Source: Camelus dromedarius
Taxonomy: Eukaryota
NCBI RefSeq assembly: GCF_036321535.1
Contig: NC_087436.1
Span: 51,772,001 to 51,836,000, forward strand
Direction: 5' to 3'
DNA: 64,000 nucleotides
Part shown: in pieces, positions 26,380 to 36,619 of the stretch
How the letters are laid out: each line of letters begins with the position of its first letter
Position numbering within the stretch: position 1 is the first letter of the stretch
Notes under the pieces: generated by a model
Told to the model about the DNA's origin: nothing
What the model saw: the letters and a program-made list of their open reading frames with translations, nothing else
Database searches by the model: none
Made by a program: the position numbers and the translations under genes

Positions 26380-26610
26380 CAACAACAATAATCTAACTAT
26401 TATGATTTTCTGCTAGATATAACACTATTTGTTTTATGTATTTATCCTCTCAACTACGTATGTAACACATGATATCACCTGCACCTACAGGGAAACTAAG
26501 ATTTAGAGAGGCTAAATTAATTGCCTAGCATTGCACTGCTAGCTAGTAGGTGACAGCCTAGACTTAGCTGGATACCCAAGTTTGAATTCTTAACAACTAC
26601 TTTATGCTCT
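26380..26610 (-). mobile_element. MIR
   Basis: TACAGGGAAACTAAGATTTAGAGAGGCTAAATTAATTGCCTAG core. Confidence 0.6.
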
Positions 26611-29600
26611 TGGAGTCTGTACCACAGCTACACTTGTTTTGCATTTATTTACGTGTCTTCTTGTGCTACAGTGACCATGGTATAGTGGATTCAGAGATGC
26701 CCTTTTATTCTTCAGGCCACCCTACAGGGAGACAATAGATAGAGTCCATTTCCATGGAGATGTTCCCCTTCTGAGAATGGAATTGTTTGCACTCCCACCC
26801 TTTGGCAGGTGAAAAGCCAGATTATATAAAATTCCATCATAAGTACACTATTTTTATATCTGGGACTTAGATCATACACCACATCCATCTGGAAGGACAA
26901 AAGGACTGTGCATAAGAAAGACTGTCTGCTCCCCCACTGGTAGGGTAGCAGGCTGGGCCATTTGCAAGAACAGCTCTCCTCCTGGGGCTACTGTCTGGGG
27001 AAGGAAGATGCAACCCAGGGCCAGCACTCTTGGCAAGAGTGTATGAAGTGGGAAGTTTATGGGCTTCTGGATATTTTGCAATTTCAACTGAGACAGAAGG
27101 AATATGAGTATTTTCTTCCCTTTCCCTTTATAGATGATGTAACTCTTCACCTACTTAAAACACAGTTTACATATAGGATGCTTTCACTGCCTTTTAAGAT
27201 TCTGGAAACTCCCACATGTGACAACTGTAAAACTTGGCTAAGGGAGTTAGCCACCTCCTCCCTTACACAGAGCTCTCAGAAATCAACTCTATTCAACTAA
27301 AGTTTGCCTTGACAAGCACCTATTTTTTACTAGTCACTAACTCAGAAGTCCTCAGAAAATGCAGTACTCTCATCAAAAGCACATCCTAGAAAGCAGAGCC
27401 TCAAGGGACATGGTATCTCAAAGGGCAGTTATACTCTGACTGGCACCTTGCTTTCTTGCAGTTTTTCAGAAATGCAAGTAGGAAAAAGCAGCAGGAGCTG
27501 TACCAAGGGAAATTCTGGCTGCAGGTTTCAAGTTCTAGGCATTTGCTTGGCATACTGGATGGATGTTTCTGGGGCACAAAATTCTGTGTTTTCAGGTTCC
27601 TTAACATGAAATTGACACATCATAATTCTTGCTCACTTCCTTGTGAGGCTTGTTTTGATAATCAGCACAATCTATATAAATGATGAGAAATCAGGTACTA
27701 ATGATATCTCCTCTCACAGCTCAGATGAGCAGAGCCGTGTGCTCTTGCCCATGAGGAAAAACACACAATCTTTCCACAGGGTTCCATCTCTTCCCTACAT
27801 CTCCCCAAAACTTAATGGACACTAACTCATTTCCACTCCTTTCTTAAATTGTCTTCAAATAATTTTGTGTTTGAAGAAAACTCACTGTATGTGCCAGGGG
27901 CAGATGTTTCTGGTTTTGCACCTATCAATTAAGCTACAGGAAGAAGCAACTAGAATGATAGAAGATGGTGAAATTGGTAAACGTGGTCCCTCCCAGTGTG
28001 TAGCCAAACAGATCTCAGTGTCAATTATGCTACATTCTTCCTTTCTACAAAATGTGACAACCTGTTCCTAGAGATTAGAAGGGGAACTTAAGTAATATAT
28101 CTGAGGAAGCAACTAAATTTGTGTCTATGATATAATTCTGAGGTATCTGAAGGCTGAAACATATAGCAAAGTCTCCAAGTGTTGTTGAAATGCCCGAACC
28201 CTTTTTACTGAAAAATCCAGTCTCATTAAATTAGAAGCATTAGTACGGCTCCTGTGTTTTCTCCTGGATTAAGCTCCTCTGTTCATTTTATGAGGAAAAA
28301 CTGATAAATTGATGTGAAAGAAATTAACAGTCTGCCTAGTACTTTGTATAGCTAAGTGTTACATATAAATCCCCTGAAAACATTAGGTCTCGTTCAGGTT
28401 TAAGATTCGAGCTTGTGCTTTAGGGACTAGATTTGCTCACCCTGGGCAGGAAAGTCTTTACTGTCAAATATTATTTTTAGCTCATCTAGTTCATACATGT
28501 CTTAATAATACTTAAAGGAATACATCCCAGATTAAAAAAAAAATCTTAAACCAAGAATAACCAGACCTGTCTGCTGTATTTTAGTTGCTATAGTTTACCC
28601 GAACCAAATACAAATATAACGTATACTTGTGTATATAAACATATATGTACACTTCCACAGATATGCCTATGTATACATGTCATATACAGAAGTAACAGTC
28701 ATCCCCTCAGCTATCATATCAACGTTGTTAACACCACCTCTCACATGTCACATAATCTGTTTGACCTTCACGGACAAGGGCTGAAGCTATTAAGAATTTC
28801 TCACTAGGAAAGGTGAAAATCTGAATGGAAATCCAAGTGACCGAATGTCTAATGAGAAATAAACAAGCCTCTGATGCTGAAGTCCCCAGAGCAGACCCAG
28901 TTCCTCCACTGGCTTCTCCAGCTTGCCCACCCATTCTGGACAAGCCCTGCCATTCTGTCTAGACATGCTGTGGTTCCCTTAAGTGATTTAAGAGTCAGTC
29001 TGTTGCTTGCAAACAGAACACCTCAACATAGCCATGCATCCACATATGTGCAGATGTGCCCCTGTATTACATATGGCTGTCATCACAGAATAGCTTTGGT
29101 GGCAAATACGGTCCCTCCCCACTAGAGAAGTAATGCAAGAGGAGCCAAATGGGATTCAGTCATGAAAAAAGAAAATGGTATTAGTCCTTAATTTTTGAGT
29201 AAATAGTTAAATCTCTTTGCGCCTCAATTTCCTGATCTGGAAAATGAGCCTAGTATCTGTTGAAAAATTTATTTTAAGGATTAAATGTGATGAGATAATA
29301 GACTCTCCCTTTATGCTGAAGCCCTTATTTTGTCATCTCTTCCTTCATCATCACTATCCTCTGTGCTTTTATCTGGTCAGCACTACACATCAGCCTGAAA
29401 CAATGGTCACTCTCTCAAACAACAACTGACACTCTATTTGTTCAAAGTTCAGACTTCAAAAGAAGATTTTAATTACTCTTACAATATTTTGAAAGCTCAA
29501 ACAACTTCATGTATGGAATGCTGATACCCCATCAACTATATGGAAGTGCTTGCCACAACTGCTCTGTATCTTGTGCATCAGTGAGTATTATTTTTATCAG

Positions 29601-30299
29601 ACTCCTTGGGATTTTAGTATGAAGAACATGACTTTAGGATTAACTACTACCAGGAAAGTGGTTAAAAGTATCCCTCAGTACTCAGGGATATTCTGTGCTC
29701 TCTTTCTGGGTTTCATTTCCAAAGTCCCTGCCATTTTACCCCAGCAATATTCCCTACCTCCTGCCCTCCAGTTAGCCCCAGAAATCACATGAAGCCAGTG
29801 GAAATATGACTACAGACTTCAATATTTTCGGCATGTAGATGGATGCACCCACAATGTTTGCTTAACTTTGAAAATATTTTTTACCCTCTCCTAGATGGTT
29901 GCCAAAAAACAGTTCTGCCGGAAATCTTTGAGTCAGTGGCTGGATGCAGGCACAGTTTAATCTGCTGTATGAACTCATGCAAGTTAATTGACACTTTTTT
30001 GGTTTGTGACTCATCGTGTCGTGTCAATTTATATGAACACCCCTTTGTCAGTGTGCAGATTGAAAAGAGTGATCAGTGTGTCAGCCATCATGTCAGATGA
30101 TTTTATTTTCCTTTTTATTTGCATTCTTTTTCACACTGCGTTTCATCTATGGTGAATGACCAATTCCATAGCCTCCAGCAAAAGAACAATGTGAAGTGAA
30201 ATATTTCCCCTCAAGTCCTCATCCCCAGGTTTCTTTTGGATTTAACCTTTGCTGTCTTTTTTTTTTAAGTTAGTATAAATAGCTTTTTTAAAATTTTTG

Positions 30300-30445
30300 G
30301 TTGATTTTTTTTTCTACATTTTTACTGAAGTATAGTTGATTTACAATGTTGTGTTAGTTTCAGTGTATAGCAAAGTGACTCAGTTATATACATTCTTTTT
30401 CAGATTCCTTTCCATTACAGGTTATTACAAGATATTGAATATATA
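30300..30445 (-). mobile_element. Cetartiodactyl L1 3' tip
   Basis: TTTTACTGAAGTATAGTTGATTTACAATGTTGTGTTAGTTTCAG...GGTTATTACAAGATATTGAATATA. Confidence 0.85.
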
Positions 30446-31182
30446 ATAGGATAAAGAATTGAATTAATTTAGGAAAAGCAAAGATTAGTACTAGGAGAAG
30501 CAGGTCCTTTGAGAAATGGCAATGAAAATTAACCAACATTATTTACCTGGTAGAGGAATTGTGAAACTGATTAAGTCAGAGTGGAGGTAGAAAATCATAA
30601 GGCATAAATCATCATAGAAACTATGACATAGAAGAATTATAAAGAATTTGTTAGTTTTTCAAGAGAAGTCTTCAAGGAGGAAGATGTTTTTATTCTAAAC
30701 TCTTAGTCCTTATTCTCAGACAAGATAAGTTTAGAATAGAAATGGGAAATTTAGCAGGGAACTCCCATTGCTTCAGATCTACATTTAGCAAATGATCCTT
30801 TCTAATTATTACTTGATTTCCTGAATTTATCTACATATTCAACTCCCAGAACTGTGCATAGCAGAGAGGAAGTTCTTAACAAGTATCTGTTGACAGGACA
30901 AAGGAATAAAAGAGTATATTAAAATTGACCTCACCTATCATGTCATTTATCATCTGGGAATTCTAAATAAAAAAATGAGAAAAACTCAGTGAAATTACTC
31001 ATTACTACAGGTGACTAAAATTAGATGATAGAGAGTGAATTTTTAAAAGACATTTTGCAGGAGTAATCATCAAGGAGATATTGGCTCTTAAATGTTTGTA
31101 TTAATAAGCATTTATTTAATACTGACTGTTTTAAAGACCTGTGAAAAGAACTGGTTGCTCTGTGCCACACAAAATCTAAGCC

Positions 31183-31300
31183 GGGGGGAGGGTATAGCCC
31201 AGTGGTAGAGTGCATGCTTAGCATGCACAAGGTCCTGGGTTCAATCCCCAGTACCTCCATTAAAAAATATAAAAATACATTTAAAAAATTTTTAAAAAAC
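31183..31300 (+). mobile_element. tRNA-Ala-derived SINE (vic-1 type), short-tail form
   Basis: Near-consensus head with B box GGTTCAATCC. TSD CACAAAATCTAA at 31168-31179 and 31301-31312. Confidence 0.93.
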
Positions 31301-31623
31301 CACAAAATCTAATGGAGATTACAAAATACGTATAACAATAACATATAAAATACAACAAAAGCAAAAATCTTTATGAAATAATACTATTTAAATATAAAAG
31401 TAGTGAGAGTAAGGAAGAAATTTGCAAACCTGGGATTAAAGAAGAATTCTGGGACATGTAGCATTTTGTGTCAGTCTTTAAGGGGAAATCATTTTACAGC
31501 ACTTTAAACCTCCCACCAGGGAATTACATCAATAGTTAGCTTGTACCATACTGAATATTCTCCCAAAAGGAAAAAAAAGGATTGAGAAGAGCGTTGTGAA
31601 AGTATAATTTTTAAAAAGGGTCA

Positions 31624-32001
31624 AGTCAGGAATTTCATCCAAATATGAAATGAAAACTTCAAGGATTTTATTCAATTCATTAATTAATGAGGGAACCAGT
31701 AAAATGTTGCGACCAGGTCAAAGAGCATTTGAGAAGCTAGTCATATGTGCAATTAAGTGTAGAACTGTTATGATAAAATAGCTAGGTTAGAAATAAAAGT
31801 GGTGTATGTCTTAAGATCAGTGAACCATATCCTCTAGGGTTGCCTCTTCCACAGGAACGAAATTATTTGCATCTCTACCACACAAAAATCTACTAGTTAA
31901 CCTCAGCCCCACAGAGCCAGCTGTAAGAGAACCCAACCTCTAGAAAGGCCAGCCGGCGCACTCTTTTGCCTGTTTCCACCTTTTAGAGAACATTTCTGAC
32001 A
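31624..32001. mobile_element. LTR-like element (LTR37-like) with short inverted termini
   Basis: AGTCAGGAAT (31624-31633) versus ATTTCTGACA (31992-32001) is an 8/10 inverted match. The internal CATTAATTAATGAGGGAACCAGTAA is recalled from an ERV1 LTR family. Confidence 0.4.
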
Positions 32002-32219
32002 GCATCAATACATCTTTATTTAGCAAGCCTCTCTTCTTACAATATATTCAATATATTTAATGAGTTCAGTGTATATTTTTTCAGAGTTGCTTCTAATTGG
32101 GGCTTGTTTGTTTGGAAGAGGAGTAAAACATATAGAATCAGGAAATGCTAGAAGTTCCCAATTTCCTCTTTTTTTCTACACTTTCTAAATGTAACTTCTT
32201 TGGTGAAATATTTAGTCTC

Positions 32220-32228
<9 letters not shown>

Positions 32229-32264
<36 letters not shown>
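32229..32264. repeat. (CA)18 microsatellite
   Basis: Perfect CA run. Confidence 0.95.
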
Positions 32265-32266
<2 letters not shown>

Positions 32267-33019
32267 GTAGAGAATGCAAAGCAAAAAGTCTAAAGGACAA
32301 TCTCCTCTACTATTATGCACTCTGGCAGTAATTAATAATATGTGACTAAGCGAGAATGAAGTAAATATAGTACCCAAGGAGGGACTATACCATCAACTTT
32401 CCCCCTCATCACTGAGCATAACCACTTGGCAATTTCTGGCTGTAAGGATGGAAGATTCACACATGCCACCTTGAGGGTATATGTAAATTAGGGTTGACAA
32501 ACTGTCAGGGCAAGAAATTGCTGGAGATGAACTTAAGCCTCCCCCTCTCTTCTTCTCTCTCCCTTCTTCCCTTCCTCCCTTCTTCTCAGGTAATCTTTAT
32601 TTCTTAGCCTCTCTGCTTCCTGTTGAGTATATGACCTAGCTTCTCAAAAAGGAAAAAATAAACAGTCATTAACCCACCACATTCCAGATAAATTCCACAG
32701 AGAACCAGAATAATTGGGATAGCTAATTTCCAGCATGTATGTTAGAGAAAGTCCTCTGTGCTATGACAGGTTATGGACTCCCACCAGCCTGCAGTGAGCA
32801 CCTTTGGATTAGGTGCATTTCCGGTCCAGTCAGTGCCTATTCATGCACACATGAAACTTAGCGTAGCTTTACTGAGACACGGAGTTGCACTTTCAGGTAG
32901 AGAAGGATGCTAGACATGGCGGCCCCTGGACTGATGTGTCCAATACAACAATCTCAGAAATAGGTTTCACTCCTTGTTACTTTCTGCAAATTTGAAAATA
33001 ATTTTTTTACAGTTATGTA

Positions 33020-34460
33020 TGTAATACCTTTGCTCCCCTTCATTACAAACAAAAATATACATTCATTTTAGAAAATATAGAAGTTATAGGTGAGTACAAG
33101 TCATAGCCAATAATTCTATCATACAGAGATGATACTACTGTTAAAAATTTGACAAGAATATATCTATATATGATATATATATCATATATGTTACATGGGT
33201 TTATAACTATATATTGTATAGATGTAGATGTCATATATATACACATATGCAATGTGTGTATGCATATAGATGTATACATATACAAATATAATTGCTAACC
33301 TGTTCTTTCATTTAACCATAGAATAGAAATCTATTTCATCTCATTCAGTATTCATCAATAACATAATCTTAATGTCTAGTTATATTTCCAGTGTATGATT
33401 CTAATATAAATAACTGTATCAATTCTAAATGTTGACATGTAGTTGGAGTCTAAATTTTTGCTTTTATAAAAATAATGTAACAAAGCAATAGACAGATTCT
33501 CTATACTTCAATGATTATATTTACTTAGGCTTTATTCATATAATTGCTAAATGAGAAGTAAATTCATTTTAAACAACTGATGTACTTACATTGCTGAATT
33601 ACCCTCTAAAAAGTTTATGCTACTTTAGAGGTCCACAGAAAGTAAATAAGAACAGTATTTCCCACATATGATAAATTTTAATAGATCTTTCTTTTTAGCT
33701 TTAATTCTTTTATCAAAAAAAATATAAAATATAAATGTAAGAATTATAAATAATAAACCTATGAAAAAATATTCATTCTTTTCCCTTGTGGATTGCTTAA
33801 GCATGCCAATTTTTTCTTTTTGATTTGTAAAAGGTCTATTTATCATAATGATACTGATCCACTATCTGACATTAAAGCAGCAAGTATTTTTCAGAACTTA
33901 TCATTTGCCCTTTAATTTATATATTATGAAAAGAATTTTAAACTTTAATGTAGTCAAATAAATCTTTCTTATGGATTTTGTCTTTATCTAAAGAAATAGT
34001 CTGCTTTATTGAACTTATTAGGAGTCGCCTGAATTTTATCTAATGCCTTGGCATATATTAAAATAATATATTTGTATTTAACCTCATTAATTTTATGTTA
34101 TATTGTTATATTATTATTATTATTATGTTATAACAGATACTATTATTTAATCATTCTTGCATATCTTAAAACCTTTCTCACTTTGTAATTATTTGTTTTT
34201 CTTTAACTACATTGTTGAATGAAATATTTTTAAAACATATAATAAAATGTAATATATGAACATAAAAGTGCACAATTTGTAAGTGTACAATTCAGGGAAT
34301 CTCCACAGATTGCCTCAGCAGCTTTGTAACCAGCACCCAAACCAAGAAAGAGACTATTACCCACACTATAGAAGCTCCTCCACATTCCCTTTCAACCACT
34401 ACCGTCATCACGAGAAGTTAATATCCTGATTCTAAGACTACAGTTTTGCCTATTTTTGTA
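33020..34460 (-). mobile_element. Ancient L1M (L1ME/MC-type) fragments
   Basis: Antisense L1 motifs such as TTTTAAACTTTAATGTAGTCAAATA and AAAAGTGCACAATTTGTAAGTGTACAATTCAG. Confidence 0.55.
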
Positions 34461-34479
34461 CTCAGACAAAACATTTCAC

Positions 34480-36610
34480 TCCTCCTACCAATAAAAGCAA
34501 ATTTGTAACCTGATTAAGAATAAATAGAAAATCAGAATTTAAAAATTGAATGAGTAATTGAAATGTTTTCACAAAGAAAACACCAGGCTTAGCCAACTTT
34601 ATAAAACAAATTATAGTAAATATTTCCAAAACAGATAATCCCAATGGTATAAACTTTTGCAGAAACTAGTAAAAGGGGAAACACTTCATCCTACTTTACT
34701 AATTCTCCAAATTTGAAAAGCAAATAACACTAAAGAAAAATTACAGGCAGTTGACTTTGATGAATTCAGACACAAAAATCCTGACCAGAATTTTTGAAAT
34801 CAAATCCAAGATTCTACATAAAATAAATCATAATCAACTTAAATTTATCCCAATAATTTAACACTGGATTGATATTAGAAAATTGATTAATGTAATTCAC
34901 ACATTAACAGATCAGAGAAGAAAAACTTGGCAATCTCAACAGTGCAGGAAAAAAGTGTTGGGTGAAATTCAACATATATTCATGACAGAAACTTTGAATA
35001 AACAAAGAATTAGGAAGAACAGCTTCCTAATTTGGAAAGTATATTTATAAAACTACCAAAAATATATATATCTGTGTAACTGAATTGCTTTGTTGTACAC
35101 ATGAAATTAACATTGTAAATCGACTATATATACTTCAATAAACATCATAATTAATAATAATTTTTAATAACAAAGAATTTTCTTCAATATTGGGAATATG
35201 TTAAGCACATATCACTGTTCTTTTCATGACTGTCCTGGAGGTCCTGGCCAGAAATATAGAGACAGAAGAAGAAATAAAAAGTATAAAGATTACAAAGAAA
35301 AATGTCATTCAGAAGATCTAACCCGTAATGTAAAAACCCAAAAGAAACTCAAGAAAATGTTCCAATGAAAAAGAGGGATTACTAAGTTTCCTAGCCATTA
35401 AGCCAATATACTCAATCCAACTACATTTTTATATAAATTTGAAAAGACACATACACCCCAGTATTCACAGCAGCACTAATTACAATAGCCAAGACATGGA
35501 AATAACTTAAATGTTCACTGACAGGAAAATATGTGGTGTATATACATACACAGATATGTATATATATACAATGGAATATTACTCAGCCATAAAAAAGAAT
35601 GAAATAATACCATTTGCAGCAACATGGGTGGACCTAGATATTATCATACTAAGTGAAGTCAGTTAGAGAAAGAAAGACAAATATCATATGATGCTGCTTA
35701 TGTGTGGAATCTAAAAAAAAGAACATACAAATTTTATTTATGAACCAGACACAGACTCACAGACATAGAAAACAACCTGTGGTTACTAAGGGGTAAGGGG
35801 AGGGGAGGGCTAGGTTAGGAGTTTGGAATTAATAGATACACATTACTATATATGAAACAGATAAACAACAAGGACCTACTTATAGTACAGGGAACCATAC
35901 TCAATTTCTTGTAATGAACCACAATGGAAAAGAATCAGAAAAATATATGTATGTATGTATCTGTGTAATTGCATTGCTTTGTTGTACACAAGAAACTAAC
36001 AATGTAAATCGACTATATATACTTCAATAAAAAATAAGAATTTTTAAAAATCATTTAGAAAGTACCCTTTCTAAAAATATCATTTAAAAAGACACAAAAA
36101 GTAATCAAAAATAAACCTATCAAAAATATGTTCAAGCTTATCATGGAGAAAATTAGAAAACTTTATTAAAGTACATTAAAGAAGGCACTACAAAAATGCA
36201 GCACCATATATACAGTAGGATAGAAAGGCCTATATCTTAAAGATGTCAATTCTCAAATTGATCTAAAGATACAGTTGAAATTTCAACAGGGTCTAGACAA
36301 ACTTCAAAATAAAATATTAAAATTAATGTAAAAAATTATCCAGGATTATCCCAGAATAACCAAGACTGTCATTTAAAAAAAAAAAGGGAAGGATAATCTA
36401 AGGAGACTTCTCTTTCCAGATATCAGGACCTGTTTCCAAATTGTTACATAAGACAGTGTAGTATTGGAACAGGGCACATAATAAGTCAAAGGGAAGAATA
36501 AAGAGCCTAGGAAGAAAGGGAGTCATGCATACATATAAACTTGGTTTATGAAACAAGCGGGCACGGTTGATCAATGGAAAAGGGATGGGTCATTCAATAA
36601 CAAAGATAAC
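34480..36610 (+). mobile_element. Ancient L1M ORF2 (RT-region) remnant, interrupted at 35058-35142 and ~35440-36050
   Basis: ACAAAGAAAACACCAGGC, AAATTACAGGCAG, AATGTAATTCACACATTAACAG, CTGGAGGTCCTGGCCAG and AAAGATGTCAATTCTC occur in ORF2 order. Heavily disrupted. Confidence 0.75.
35440..36050 (+). mobile_element. Younger cetartiodactyl L1 3' end nested in the old L1M
   Basis: ACAATAGCCAAGACATGGAA...AATGGAATATTACTCAGCCATAAAAAAGAATGAAATAAT...TACTTCAATAAAAAA. Confidence 0.9.
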
Positions 36611-36619
36611 AGATACCTA

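Noticed and set aside
29843..30100. 85-aa ORF sharing IFYPLLDGCQKTVLP with ORF 36738-37013, suggesting paralogous proteins
   Set aside because: Identity is confined to the 46-bp DNA duplication. The rest of the second ORF is LTR sequence and neither resembles a known protein.
31183..31260. Apparent tRNA-Ala(AGC) gene (also at 779-860, 12978, 17773, 25596)
   Set aside because: All have extra 5' G-rich leaders, CpG-decay mismatches, A-rich tails and TSDs, so they are SINE copies rather than tRNA genes.
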